A DNA stretch of 64,000 bases from an uncultured Methanosarcinales archaeon (GTDB lineage: Archaea > Nanobdellota > Nanobdellia > Woesearchaeales > GW2011-AR9), in contig CAYFMJ010000001.1 of assembly GCA_964344235.1 (NCBI GenBank), positions 160,001-224,000 on the forward strand. Reading direction: 5' to 3'. Both the position numbers and the translations under genes were made by a program. Each line of letters starts with the position of its first letter. Positions within the stretch are counted from its first letter, which is position 1. The notes under the pieces are model-generated. The model was not told the DNA's origin, did not search any database, and saw only the letters and a program-made list of their open reading frames with translations. Of the stretch, positions 54,765 through 64,000 are shown piece after piece.

Positions 54765-55571
54765 ATGAAAGTAGCAGTAGTAGACTTACAAAAGAAGAAA
54801 ACTGGAGAGAAGGATTTACCTAGTCAGTTTACTGAAGAGTTCCGGCCAGGTTTGATTCGGAGGGCTGTGTTAGCGTTACAAAGTAAAGCTCGACAAGCAT
54901 ACGGTGCTCATCCTGACGCAGGACAAAGACATTCTTCTGAATTAAGTAAGAGACGGCGAAAATACCGTGGAAGTTATGGTTTTGGTATTTCACGGGTTAA
55001 TAGAAAGATTCATTCACGTAGAGGAACTCGGTTTTTCTGGGTTGGTGCAACATCTCCTCAAACAAGAGGCGGACGACGAGCACATGCACCGAAAGCAGAG
55101 AAGAGTTTTGTGCAGAATATCAATAAGAAAGAGAATAAGAAAGCGATTCGATCCGCAATTGGAGCAACGGTTGATGCTACTGTTGTTGGTTCACGGGGCC
55201 ATAAAGTTCCTGCAGAATATCCGTTTGTTGTGGCAGCTGCACTTGAGGGTGTAGGAAAAGCAACAGATGTACAAGCAGCGTTAGTTGCGTTAGGATTTAG
55301 TGAGGAATTGCAGAGGACGTTAGTTAAGAAAGTGCGAGCAGGTATTGGAAAGTTACGTGGTAGAAAGTATCGACGTAAGAAAGGAGTATTAATTGTTGTA
55401 AGTGAAAATTGTCCTTTAGTAAAAGCGGGATCAAACATTCCTGGTGTGGATGTTGTTCCGGTAAGTGCGTTGAATGCAGAGGTATTAGCACCAGGGGCAA
55501 TGGCTGGAAGAGTTACGTTATGGACTGAGAAAGCAGTTGATGTGTTAGGAGAGAAAAAGTTATTCGTATAA
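54765..55571 (+). CDS. rpl4: 50S ribosomal protein uL4
   Basis: GGRRAH, INKKE, LAPGAMAGR. Confidence 0.96.
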   Translation: MKVAVVDLQKKKTGEKDLPSQFTEEFRPGLIRRAVLALQSKARQAYGAHPDAGQRHSSELSKRRRKYRGSYGFGISRVNRKIHSRRGTRFFWVGATSPQTRGGRRAHAPKAEKSFVQNINKKENKKAIRSAIGATVDATVVGSRGHKVPAEYPFVVAAALEGVGKATDVQAALVALGFSEELQRTLVKKVRAGIGKLRGRKYRRKKGVLIVVSENCPLVKAGSNIPGVDVVPVSALNAEVLAPGAMAGRVTLWTEKAVDVLGEKKLFV

Positions 55572-55572
55572 A

Positions 55573-55881
55573 ATGGCAGAAGCAAAGAAAACGGAAACTG
55601 TACCGAAGATTGAAGCAGTGTTTGATCCGTATGAAATTATCAAGTATCCTCTGTCAACAGAAAAAAGTATTCGACAAATTGAGTTTGATAACAAATTAGT
55701 GTTTGCAGTACATCCACGAGCAACGAAGCGGGACGTGAAGCGAGCAGTTGAAGAATTATTTAGTGTGAAAGTAGCAAAGGTAACAATGCACAATGCATTT
55801 CAGGGTCAAAAAAGGGCTTTTGTGAAGCTTGGTCCTGAGCATCTAGCAAGCGATGTCAGTGCAGATTTAGGGTTAATCTAA
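55573..55881 (+). CDS. rpl23: 50S ribosomal protein uL23
   Basis: IIKYPLSTEK, NKLVFAV, KRAFVKL. Confidence 0.95.
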   Translation: MAEAKKTETVPKIEAVFDPYEIIKYPLSTEKSIRQIEFDNKLVFAVHPRATKRDVKRAVEELFSVKVAKVTMHNAFQGQKRAFVKLGPEHLASDVSADLGLI

Positions 55882-55882
55882 G

Positions 55883-56587
55883 ATGGGTAAGCGATTAATA
55901 CAACAACGACGAGGACGGGGAACTCACACCTATAAGTCACCTAGCTTCCGCTTTAAGGGAGAAGTAAAACATATGGCTGTTCCGACAACCGGAAAAGTTG
56001 TTGATTTAATCCATTGTGCTGGTCACAGTACACCTCTAATGGAAGTTACCTATTTGACGGGAGAAAAGAAGTTAGCATTCGCACCGGAAGGAATTCAAGT
56101 TGGAGACGAGATTATTGTTGGTGGCGATGCAAATGTACAGAAAGGAAACGTATTATGTTTGGGTGATATCCCAGAAGGAACGTTAGTTCATAATATTGAG
56201 TTACGGCCGGGGGATGGTGGGAAGTTAGTACGAAGTTCCGGCGCTGCTGCGAAAGTCGTTGCGAAAACAGATACAGCGGTTCGAGTAGTATTACCATCAA
56301 AGAAAGAGAAGAAATTCCTCCCAAGTTGTCGGGCAGCGATTGGCGTATTAGCGGGTTCGGGCAGAGTGGATAAGCCGTTCTTGAAAGCAGGAAACAAGTA
56401 TAAGAAAATGCGAGCACGAAACAAGTTATATCCAAAAGTATGTGGTATTTCGATGAACGCAGTGGACCACCCGTTCGGAAGTGGGTGTTCACACCAAAAA
56501 GGAAGACCTACCTTGTCTTCACGACATGCACCGCCTGGACGTAAAGTGGGTAAGATTGCACCGCGGAGAACAGGGAAGAGGAAATAA
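55883..56587 (+). CDS. rpl2: 50S ribosomal protein uL2
   Basis: MGKRLIQQRRGRG, MNAVDHPFG, PPGRKVG. Confidence 0.97.
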   Translation: MGKRLIQQRRGRGTHTYKSPSFRFKGEVKHMAVPTTGKVVDLIHCAGHSTPLMEVTYLTGEKKLAFAPEGIQVGDEIIVGGDANVQKGNVLCLGDIPEGTLVHNIELRPGDGGKLVRSSGAAAKVVAKTDTAVRVVLPSKKEKKFLPSCRAAIGVLAGSGRVDKPFLKAGNKYKKMRARNKLYPKVCGISMNAVDHPFGSGCSHQKGRPTLSSRHAPPGRKVGKIAPRRTGKRK

Positions 56588-56596
56588 GGATACAAA

Positions 56597-56980
56597 ATGG
56601 CAATAAAACAATTCATGTGGCAAGGGAAAACTGTGGAAGAGATTAAAGAGTTAGAACTGAAGCAGTTTATGGAACTCATTCCAACACGAGCACGTCGATC
56701 GTTAAAGCGAGGCTTTGATGACCGTCAGAAGAAATTGGTAGAAGAGTTAGAAGCAGGAAAAGATAATATCAAAACACACTGTCGAAACATGGTTGTATTG
56801 CCAGTTATGTTGGGAAAAACAATTCGAGTGCACACGGGTAAAGATTTCGTACCTATCATGATTCAACCAGAAATGTTGGGACATTTCTTGGGAGAATTTG
56901 CATTAAGTCGAAAAATGGTAACACACAGCTCAGCAGGAGTTGGAGCAACACGATCAAGTAAAGCGGCATCCGCACGATAA
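56597..56980 (+). CDS. rps19: 30S ribosomal protein uS19
   Basis: KTHCRNM, MLGHFLGEFA. Confidence 0.96.
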   Translation: MAIKQFMWQGKTVEEIKELELKQFMELIPTRARRSLKRGFDDRQKKLVEELEAGKDNIKTHCRNMVVLPVMLGKTIRVHTGKDFVPIMIQPEMLGHFLGEFALSRKMVTHSSAGVGATRSSKAASAR

Positions 56981-56985
56981 AGACA

Positions 56986-57993
56986 ATGACACAACAACAA
57001 ACAGACGCAGTACATAGCGCTTCCGCAAAAGCGTTGAACTTAGACATCTCTACTAAGCAGAGCGTTGAGATTAGTCACGTATTGCGGTATCGAAGTACCT
57101 CTTTTGCAAAGAAGTTTTTAGAGGGTGTTGTTGCTGGAAAACAAGCAGTACCAATGAAGAAGTATAATCGAGATACCGGGCATAAAGTAGGTAGAATTGC
57201 TGCGGGGAAATTCCCGCAGAAAGCCGCAGGTAAGTTTTTGAAACTTGTGAAAGCAGTGGAAGCGAATGCACAGAATAAAGGATTAAATGCAGACAGTTTA
57301 AAGATTACAAAATTAGTTGCGAATAAAGCGTCTACGCCTCTTACTGGTGGAAGACATAGACAAGGAACAAAGAGAACACATATTGAGATTGAAGTTAAAG
57401 AAGGTGTTGCAAAGAAGGAAGCTGAGAAGCGAGTTCAGAAAGAGAAGAAGACTGAAGTGAAGAAAGAAACACCTGTAGCGGAGAAAGTTATTGAGAAGAA
57501 AGCTGCTGTTGAAGAAAAGAAGGTAGAAACCAAGGCGGAACCGGTAGTTGAGAAGAAGGAAGACGTTATTGAAGAAGCTGCGCAGCCTGCTGAAGAGAAA
57601 GTTGAACCAGTTGCAGAACCTGTTGTTGAGGAGAAGAAAGAAGAACCAGTACAGGAAGAAAAGCCAGCAGAACCAGTTGCAGAAGTACCTGCTGAAATTC
57701 CGGCTGAGGAGAAACCTGTTGGGGAAGCTCCAGTAGAAGAGAAGCGGGAAGCGGTTGTTGAGAAACCAGCTCCAGTTATGAAAGAAGTCTTACCTGAAGA
57801 AGTAGCTGCACCGGCTGTTGAACCTGCTCCTGTTGAAGAGTTATCTTCGGAAGCATTATTGGCTAGAGCACAAGCAAAGGCAGCAGAGTTAAATAAAGTT
57901 GAGGAAAAAGATAAGAATGTGGAGGAAGTCTCGTCTCTGTTTGAGCAATTACAGAAGAAAGGAACATTACGAGATGATAAGGATAAAAAATGA
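56986..57993 (+). CDS. rpl22: 50S ribosomal protein uL22 with an approximately 195-aa E/A/P/K-rich C-terminal extension
   Basis: DISTKQSVEI, GKFPQKAA, NAQNKGL, THIEIEV, then low-complexity tail. Confidence 0.93.
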   Translation: MTQQQTDAVHSASAKALNLDISTKQSVEISHVLRYRSTSFAKKFLEGVVAGKQAVPMKKYNRDTGHKVGRIAAGKFPQKAAGKFLKLVKAVEANAQNKGLNADSLKITKLVANKASTPLTGGRHRQGTKRTHIEIEVKEGVAKKEAEKRVQKEKKTEVKKETPVAEKVIEKKAAVEEKKVETKAEPVVEKKEDVIEEAAQPAEEKVEPVAEPVVEEKKEEPVQEEKPAEPVAEVPAEIPAEEKPVGEAPVEEKREAVVEKPAPVMKEVLPEEVAAPAVEPAPVEELSSEALLARAQAKAAELNKVEEKDKNVEEVSSLFEQLQKKGTLRDDKDKK

Positions 57994-58823
57994 TTGAGCG
58001 TGAGTTTATTAGCAGAAAAACGAAAGAGTACTACATTAAGAAATACGTAGAGAATAAACTGCACGGCGTTGGTATCTCTAGCATTAAGTTAAAGAAAATT
58101 CCTCTGGGAGAGAAAATTATTATTCACACAAGCAGACCAAGTTTAATCGTTGGTTCGAGAGGATCTAATATTAAAGAATTAACAAAACATCTAAAATCAG
58201 AATTTAAGTTAGAAAATCCACAGATTGAAATTGGGGAAGTCAAAGATATTTTCCTAGATGCGAATATTGTTGCAAACAGAATTGCTTCTTCATTAGAGCG
58301 ATTTGGGTCTGCACGGTTTAAAGGAACTGGTCATAAAGTTATGTCTAATGTCTTAGCAGCGGGCGCGTTAGGAGTAGAGATCATTTTGTCTGGAAAGATT
58401 CCTGGTGCGCGAGCGAAGAGTTGGAGATTCTATCAGGGTTATCTGAAGAAGTGTGGTGACGTTGCATTTAGTGGTGTACGAAAAGCACAGAAAGCTGCAT
58501 TATTGAAAAGTGGAATTATTGGAATTAAAGTTGCGATTATGCCGCCAAATATTGTATTGCCGGATACGGTTGAAGTATTGGATGAACCGATTCAAGTGAT
58601 TGAAGAGGTTACTGAAGAGAAGCCGAAGAAGAAAGCAACGAAGAAGCGAACAAGCAAGAAGAAAGTTGAGAAGAAAGAAGAAGCTGTTGAAGAAGCTGCA
58701 AAGCCTGTGGAAGAACCGAAGCAGGAAGAAGTTGCTGAAGAAAAACCAGCTGCTGAGGAAGCAACTGAAGAACCAGCACAGGAAGAAAAGCCGGCTGAAG
58801 AAGCGAAGGAGGGAGCACAATGA
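57990..58823 (+). CDS. rps3: 30S ribosomal protein uS3 with charged C-terminal tail
   Basis: MIEREFI, RPSLIVG, GALGVEI, GIIGIKV. Confidence 0.96.
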   Translation: MIEREFISRKTKEYYIKKYVENKLHGVGISSIKLKKIPLGEKIIIHTSRPSLIVGSRGSNIKELTKHLKSEFKLENPQIEIGEVKDIFLDANIVANRIASSLERFGSARFKGTGHKVMSNVLAAGALGVEIILSGKIPGARAKSWRFYQGYLKKCGDVAFSGVRKAQKAALLKSGIIGIKVAIMPPNIVLPDTVEVLDEPIQVIEEVTEEKPKKKATKKRTSKKKVEKKEEAVEEAAKPVEEPKQEEVAEEKPAAEEATEEPAQEEKPAEEAKEGAQ

Positions 58824-59023
58824 AAGTGACTAAAGAACTTCGCAATTTATCTCGAGAAGAGTTACAGGCACGGTTACAAGAATTTAAAAAAGAACTATTA
58901 AAATTACAAGGACAAGTAGCATCTGGAGCGCAAGCAGCGAACCCAGGTAAGTTACGGCAGACGAAAAAAAATATTGCAAGAGTATTAACATTATTGCAGG
59001 AGAATGGGGTGGGCTTAGCATAG
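58820..59023 (+). CDS. rpl29: 50S ribosomal protein uL29
   Basis: LRNLSREEL, KKNIARVLT. Confidence 0.95.
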   Translation: MKVTKELRNLSREELQARLQEFKKELLKLQGQVASGAQAANPGKLRQTKKNIARVLTLLQENGVGLA

Positions 59024-59329
59024 ATGGTAGGTGTATGTAATCAATGCGGATTACCTCAAGACCTTTGCGTCTGTGAGACAATTGCTCGTGAACAACAACG
59101 GATCACGGTCAAAATCGAAAAACGAAAATTCGGCAAGAAGTATACTGTCGTCGGCGGTATCAAGAAAGAAGCGAATGTCGATGAAATCGTCAAGAAGCTA
59201 AAGTCAAAGTTTGCTTGCGGCGGAACTGCTAAGGGTGGACAAATTGAACTTCAGGGTGATCATCGGGCGCGGATTAAAGCAGCGCTGGTTGACTTGGGCT
59301 TCCCCGAAGAAACAATTGACGTTGCGTAA
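59024..59329 (+). CDS. sui1: Translation initiation factor SUI1/aIF1
   Basis: CGLPQDLCVCE, KFACGGT, IELQGDH. Confidence 0.95.
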   Translation: MVGVCNQCGLPQDLCVCETIAREQQRITVKIEKRKFGKKYTVVGGIKKEANVDEIVKKLKSKFACGGTAKGGQIELQGDHRARIKAALVDLGFPEETIDVA

Positions 59330-59377
59330 CTGCAACGAAATGCATCAAAACACAAGGTTTTGGTGTGGGAAACAATC

Positions 59378-59629
59378 ATGGCACGAACAAAAGCATTCCC
59401 TCATGAACTGATTGGGGAAGAAGTAGTGGTTGTGGAAGCAACGAATGAGTCTCTGCGAGGAATGCAGGGGGTTGTAGTTGATGAAACAAAAAACATGATC
59501 TCTCTGGAGTTACATGGAGAGAGGAAGAACGTGCTGAAACGTGGCATTGTGTTAAAGCTGCTTCGGACTGGTGAGTTGGTTCGAGGTGAGGAATTGACAC
59601 GGCGCTCAGAAGACCGACTGAAAGGTTAG
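59378..59629 (+). CDS. rnp1: RNase P protein component 1 (Rpp29)
   Basis: HELIG...GVVVDETKN...RSEDRLK; canonical position in the operon. Confidence 0.93.
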   Translation: MARTKAFPHELIGEEVVVVEATNESLRGMQGVVVDETKNMISLELHGERKNVLKRGIVLKLLRTGELVRGEELTRRSEDRLKG

Positions 59630-59637
59630 AAAAACAA

Positions 59638-60015
59638 ATGGCAACAAAAACAACAATCCGAAAGGAAGTACTTGGAATCAAAGCTCCTGCAGGGGCTTCA
59701 GATAGTGCAAACTATGATAAAAATTGTCCGTTCACCGGTGGTTTAGCAGTGAAGAACGAATTACTGAAGGGTAAAGTTATCCGGAAAGACATTCATAAAT
59801 CGGCGACGATTGAATGGGAGAAAGCGTATCGCGTACCAAAGTATGAGCGGTTTGCAGTAAAGAAGTCACGGTTACGGGTTCACAATCCGCCTGCGATTGA
59901 TGCGCAGATTGGTCAGACTGTTTTGGTAGCAAGAACACGGCCATTGAGTAAAACGAAGAATCATGTTATTATCAAAATCTTAAGTGATGAGGAAACAACT
60001 CATGAGAGCAATTAA
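59638..60015 (+). CDS. rps17: 30S ribosomal protein uS17
   Basis: DKNCPFTG, KYERF, RPLSKTK. Confidence 0.96.
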   Translation: MATKTTIRKEVLGIKAPAGASDSANYDKNCPFTGGLAVKNELLKGKVIRKDIHKSATIEWEKAYRVPKYERFAVKKSRLRVHNPPAIDAQIGQTVLVARTRPLSKTKNHVIIKILSDEETTHESN

Positions 60016-60403
60016 AGCACGAATCACAAGAGCCTTGCCGGTACAATCATTCGTTCCAACCTGTGATAACTCTGGAGCAAAGATGTTAAAGATTGTATCT
60101 GTGAAAGGACACAAAACCGTTAAGGGAAGAATCCCTACAGCAGCGGTTGGTGATTTAGTGTTAGCTTCCGTAAAGAAAGGGAAGTTAGAGATGCGGAAAA
60201 CAGTTGTCCCAGCAGTTATTGTGCGGCAACGGAAAGAGTTCCGACGGCCAGATGGAACAAGAGTTATGTTTGAAGATAATGCAGCAGTTGTGCTAAAAGA
60301 TATGAAAGGTAATCCGAAAGGAACCATTTTCAAAGGGCCTATTGCAAAAGAAGTTGCAGAACGATGGCCAGCAATTGCAAAAGTTGCGAGGATTGTAGTA
60401 TAA
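60002..60403 (+). CDS. rpl14: 50S ribosomal protein uL14
   Basis: CDNSGAK, FEDNAAV, GPIAKE; ATG 60002. Confidence 0.96.
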   Translation: MRAIKARITRALPVQSFVPTCDNSGAKMLKIVSVKGHKTVKGRIPTAAVGDLVLASVKKGKLEMRKTVVPAVIVRQRKEFRRPDGTRVMFEDNAAVVLKDMKGNPKGTIFKGPIAKEVAERWPAIAKVARIVV

Positions 60404-60404
60404 G

Positions 60405-60866
60405 ATGAAAGGTAAATTCACAACAAGTTGGAAACGGAGTACACAGCCACGAAGGCAACGTAAGTATAGGTACAACGCTCCACTTCATACGCGAAGAACG
60501 TTTATGGGTGTACATTTGTCTTCAGATCTACGAAAGAAGTACGGTGTTCGGACCATTCCTGTTAGAACAGGCGATAAAGTTCGGGTATTGCGAGGACAGT
60601 ATAAGAAGAAAGAAGGGAAAGTAGAACGAGTGAATGTGAAGAATGAGAAGTTGTTCATCACAGGTATTGAGTTTGTGAAGAATGAGGGTGCAAAGTTATT
60701 AGCTCCAATTAGCGTTTCCAATGTTATGGCTGTGGAGTTAGATATGGGTGATAGAAAGCGGAAAACAAAGTTAACTGGCGGGAACACTGCTGAGAAGAAA
60801 GCTGAAGCTCCTGCGAAAAAGGAAGGAGTGAAAAGAGAAACAAAAGAAGAGAGTAAAAAAGAATAA
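60405..60866 (+). CDS. rpl24: 50S ribosomal protein uL24
   Basis: QPRRQRKY, GDKVRVLRG. Confidence 0.95.
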   Translation: MKGKFTTSWKRSTQPRRQRKYRYNAPLHTRRTFMGVHLSSDLRKKYGVRTIPVRTGDKVRVLRGQYKKKEGKVERVNVKNEKLFITGIEFVKNEGAKLLAPISVSNVMAVELDMGDRKRKTKLTGGNTAEKKAEAPAKKEGVKRETKEESKKE

Positions 60867-60880
60867 GGGAATAATCAAAA

Positions 60881-61576
60881 ATGAAAAATCATCTGAAACG
60901 AATTGCAACACCACGGACTTGGGTTATCAATAGAAAGAGTAACAAGTTTATCGTACGGCCGAATGCTGGCGGACATGCATTTAGTGAAGGAACGGCATTA
61001 GGTGTTATTTTGCGGGATATGTTACACGTTGCAGAAACGATGGCTGAAGTAAAGAAGTTATTACATTCACAAGAAGTATTAGTTGATGGAAAGCGACGGA
61101 AAGAGCACCGGTTTATTGTAGGATTATTTGATGTGATTGCAGTTCCTGCTTTGAAGAAGCAGTGGCGAGTTGTATTAGATAGAAAAGCGCGGTTAGCTGT
61201 TGTTGAGATTCCAGCAGCAGAAGCAGCTATGAAAGTGTGTAAAGTTGTAGGCAAAACAATGTTACCTGGTGGAAAATTACAATTTAACTTACACGATGGG
61301 AAGAACCTTATTGGCGAGCACAAAGCAAATGTGGGGGATAGCGTTGTGTTAAGCTTACCGGATTTAGCAGTGAAAGAAGTATTGCCATTGAAGGAAGGTG
61401 TTTCAGTGTTTTTAACACGAGGAAAGCACGGCGGTGATACCGGACTATTGAAAGAGTTTAAAGGAAGCGATGCAGTGTATACTTCCGCTTCAAGTAAGAG
61501 TGATGTTGAAACAGCAAAAGGGTATTTGTTTGTGGTTGGTGCAAAAAAACCAGCGATGGGGATTAGTGTAGAATAA
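60881..61576 (+). CDS. rps4e: 30S ribosomal protein eS4
   Basis: HLKRIATP, VDGKRR, GLFDVI, QFNLHDG. Confidence 0.95.
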   Translation: MKNHLKRIATPRTWVINRKSNKFIVRPNAGGHAFSEGTALGVILRDMLHVAETMAEVKKLLHSQEVLVDGKRRKEHRFIVGLFDVIAVPALKKQWRVVLDRKARLAVVEIPAAEAAMKVCKVVGKTMLPGGKLQFNLHDGKNLIGEHKANVGDSVVLSLPDLAVKEVLPLKEGVSVFLTRGKHGGDTGLLKEFKGSDAVYTSASSKSDVETAKGYLFVVGAKKPAMGISVE

Positions 61577-61577
61577 A

Positions 61578-62204
61578 ATGACTGAGCAAGAACAACAGAT
61601 GGAAACTGTACAGGAAGCGCCCATGGGCGGTGCGGCAGAGGGGCAGGAGGCCGTTCAAGCAGCTACAGCTGTTGTTGAGAAGGGTAGCAAAGGAAGTACA
61701 AACCCGATGCGTGACATTAAGATTACAAAAGTGACATTAAATATTGGTGTTGGCAAAGACGAACAAATGTTGAAGAAAGGATTAAAGTTATTACAAAAGT
61801 TGTCCCCTCTCAAGCCAGTTACAACAACTACCACAAAAAGAATTCCGACATGGGGTTTACGGCCTGGTTTAGCGATTGGTTGTAAAGTGACTGTGCGGAA
61901 AGAAGTAGAAGCATTGTTGAAGAAGTTATTGGTTGCAAAGGAAAATGTATTACAACAAAAGAACTTTGATAATAATGGAAATGTTGCATTCGGTGTAGCA
62001 GAGTATATTGACATTGAAGGATTAGAGTATGATCCGGAATTGAAAATTATGGGTCTTGAAGTGGCGGTTACATTGGAAAGACCGGGATATAGAGTGAAGA
62101 AACGGAAAGTACGAACTGGAAAAGTTGGAGTGCATCACAGAATTACAAAAGAAGAAGCGATTGCATTTATGAAACAAACGTTTGGTATCGAGGTGGCAGG
62201 ATAA
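61578..62204 (+). CDS. rpl5: 50S ribosomal protein uL5 with N-terminal extension
   Basis: [31 protein letters not shown]. Confidence 0.96.
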   Translation: MTEQEQQMETVQEAPMGGAAEGQEAVQAATAVVEKGSKGSTNPMRDIKITKVTLNIGVGKDEQMLKKGLKLLQKLSPLKPVTTTTTKRIPTWGLRPGLAIGCKVTVRKEVEALLKKLLVAKENVLQQKNFDNNGNVAFGVAEYIDIEGLEYDPELKIMGLEVAVTLERPGYRVKKRKVRTGKVGVHHRITKEEAIAFMKQTFGIEVAG

Positions 62205-62205
62205 A

Positions 62206-62436
62206 ATGACAACAAGTAATTGGAAAAAAATGTTTACGCAGCTGAATGCGAAACCTGTTACAAAACAGAAGTATATCAAACATAATAGTCCGAGAGAACG
62301 ATCTTGCGGTATTGCATTACGAAAATGTCGAAACTGTGGGAGAAATCGAGGACATATTAACAAATATGGCTTACATCTCTGCCGGCAGTGTTTCAGAGAA
62401 ATGGCACAAAGGTTGGGGTTCAAGAAGTTTAGTTAG
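62206..62436 (+). CDS. rps14: 30S ribosomal protein uS14 (Zn-binding)
   Basis: CRNCG...LCRQCFRE; ATG 62206. Confidence 0.95.
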   Translation: MTTSNWKKMFTQLNAKPVTKQKYIKHNSPRERSCGIALRKCRNCGRNRGHINKYGLHLCRQCFREMAQRLGFKKFS

Positions 62437-62447
62437 GTGAATACAAA

Positions 62448-62837
62448 ATGTTAAACGATCCACTTGCAGCAGCATTGTCAAAGATTGTCAATGCAGAACG
62501 AATCGGGAAGAACACAGTAGTTCTACGACCGGCATCAAAGATGATCAAGAAAGTGCTTGATTTAATGAACGAGCATGGATTTATTGGATCATATGAAGAA
62601 GTTGAGAACGGTAGAGGCGGTGAACTTACAGTGAACTTACTGGGAAATATTAACAGATGTGGAGTTATCAAGCCACGATTTTCCACAAAGAAACATGAAT
62701 TTGAGAAGTGGGAAAAACGATACCTCCCTGCGAAGGATTTCGGTATTATCGTTGTTTCAACACCGCATGGGGTTATGACACATAACAATGCAAAAGAAAA
62801 GAATAGCGGAGGGAAGCTGTTAGCGTACTGCTATTAG
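62448..62837 (+). CDS. rps8: 30S ribosomal protein uS8
   Basis: MLNDPLA, GVIKPRF, YLPAKDFG, GGKLLAYCY. Confidence 0.97.
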   Translation: MLNDPLAAALSKIVNAERIGKNTVVLRPASKMIKKVLDLMNEHGFIGSYEEVENGRGGELTVNLLGNINRCGVIKPRFSTKKHEFEKWEKRYLPAKDFGIIVVSTPHGVMTHNNAKEKNSGGKLLAYCY

Positions 62838-62843
62838 AGAATT

Positions 62844-63386
62844 ATGAAAGAAGCAATCACACGGGAAATTGTACTGGGAGACGGCGTTTCAGCTAGTGTA
62901 CAGGATGGTGTGTTAACGGTGAAAGGTCCTAAAGGAGAAGTTGCAAAACCGTTTGTGCACCCGAAAGTAGAGTTACGTGTGGAAGAGGTCAAGATTGTAT
63001 TACATGTTGACAAAGGAACAAAACGTGAGAAAACAATTATTGGGTCATTTGCATCCCATATTACAAATATGGTGCAGGGAGTTCAGGAACCGTTTGAGTA
63101 TAAAGTGAAGATTTGCTCTGGTCATTTCCCGATGAATGTTTCATTATCTGGGCAAGAATTGACGATAAAGAACTTTTTAGGAGAGTCAGTTCCGCGGAAA
63201 GTAACGTTGCCACAAGGTGCAGATGTGAAGATTGATGGAACGGATATTACAATTACCAGTCCAAGTAAAGAAATTGCAGGATTAACCGCAGCGAAGATTG
63301 AAAGTCTCTGTCGGATTACCGATAGAGATCGGCGAATTTTCCAAGACGGTTGTTATATTACACACAAAGCGGGGAAGGAAGTATAG
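62844..63386 (+). CDS. rpl6: 50S ribosomal protein uL6
   Basis: VKGPKG, GHFPM, DRRIFQDG. Confidence 0.96.
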   Translation: MKEAITREIVLGDGVSASVQDGVLTVKGPKGEVAKPFVHPKVELRVEEVKIVLHVDKGTKREKTIIGSFASHITNMVQGVQEPFEYKVKICSGHFPMNVSLSGQELTIKNFLGESVPRKVTLPQGADVKIDGTDITITSPSKEIAGLTAAKIESLCRITDRDRRIFQDGCYITHKAGKEV

Positions 63387-63387
63387 A

Positions 63388-64000
63388 ATGGCAGAAACAA
63401 AAGCATTACTAGAACATCGGAAAAAAGTGAAAGGTGCTAAGCCACGCTTTGTTGTGAAAGAATCAAAGTTTGCAGCTCGTGTAAAGTCACGGTGGAGATA
63501 TCCGCGTGGAAAACATTCCAAAGTACGACAACAGCACCGGGGAAGAGTTGCTTTACCAAATCCTGGATTTGGTTCACCGAAAGCAGTTCGAGGTTTAGAT
63601 AAATCTGGACTTGAGCCGGTATTGGTACGGAGTTTGACTGATGTTGCTGGTGTGAATAAAGAAGCGCAGGGAGTTATTGTAAGTGGTTTGCTTGGTGGCA
63701 GAAAACGAGTAGCGTTATTGAAAGCGATTCAAGAAGCCGGTTTAGTGGTGCTTAATGTAAAAGATGTTACTGCTGTAATCAGCGGTATTGAAGCAGGTGT
63801 GGCAGAGCGGAAGAAGAAACGTGCTGCGAAGAAGTCAGCAAAGAAAGAGAAAGACGAGAAGAAGAAAAAGAAAGCAGCAGAGAAAGAAGCTAAAGATGCG
63901 AAGAAAGATGAAAAGAAGTCTGAGGATGCGTCTGTTGAAGATGCTGTGAAGAAAGAAGAAGCCCAGCGGAAGGAAGCGGAAAAAGTTATGACAAAGAAAC
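63388..64000 (+). CDS. rpl32e: 50S ribosomal protein eL32 with Lys-rich C-terminal extension, truncated by the window end; absent from the ORF track
   Basis: KPRFVVKESK...WRYPRGKHSKVR...GFGSPKAVRGL...GGRKR; frame open to 64000. Confidence 0.9.
   Translation, partial: MAETKALLEHRKKVKGAKPRFVVKESKFAARVKSRWRYPRGKHSKVRQQHRGRVALPNPGFGSPKAVRGLDKSGLEPVLVRSLTDVAGVNKEAQGVIVSGLLGGRKRVALLKAIQEAGLVVLNVKDVTAVISGIEAGVAERKKKRAAKKSAKKEKDEKKKKKAAEKEAKDAKKDEKKSEDASVEDAVKKEEAQRKEAEKVMTKK

Noticed and set aside
59330-59377. Two small hairpins between sui1 and rnp1
   Set aside because: Short stems (TGCA/TGCA, CATCAAAAC/GTTTTGGTG); could be a processing site but too weak to support alone
491-63521. Numerous 60-210 aa antisense and alternate-frame ORFs in the track (e.g. 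1927-2208, 15177-15806, 55058-55585, 57435-58064)
   Set aside because: They lie within well-supported genes on the other strand or frame and show mirror-image composition
1-64000. CRISPR array, tRNA, rRNA, transposase or integrase
   Set aside because: No regularly spaced repeats, no T-loop/cloverleaf signature and no such protein motifs were seen by eye; a divergent tRNA could still be missed

Overview
Chromosomal window of a small-genome archaeon. The archaeal status is shown directly by RadA, aRF1, an HMf-type histone, RFC-S, eIF5A, fibrillarin/Nop5, archaeal SecF-SecD and the rpl3...rpl32e operon. The compact gene set and small conserved hypotheticals suggest DPANN, Woesearchaeota-like (inference). 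Housekeeping content includes RPA, RadA, an intein-containing PEP synthase, pepA/trxB, purL-purQ, RNase P RNA with Rpp21 and Rpp29, and the S10/spc-type ribosomal protein operon running off the right end. Features missed or mis-called by the ORF track are RNase P RNA, Sec61beta, a cysteine-free L40e, L32e, and three genes each broken by a single-base frameshift (TrmB regulator, nucleotidyltransferase, deoxyribosyltransferase-like). The most unusual signals are four strongly base-paired intergenic elements (2554-2683, 32269-32365, 33902-33971, 53580-53796), a secreted protein with a beta-barrel outer-membrane-protein signature, a tandem class III prepilin-like array, a PC4-like gene co-transcribed with radA, and very long charged extensions on several ribosomal proteins. 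I saw no CRISPR array, tRNA, rRNA or transposase. All family calls are by eye from motifs; no database searches or folding computations were run.
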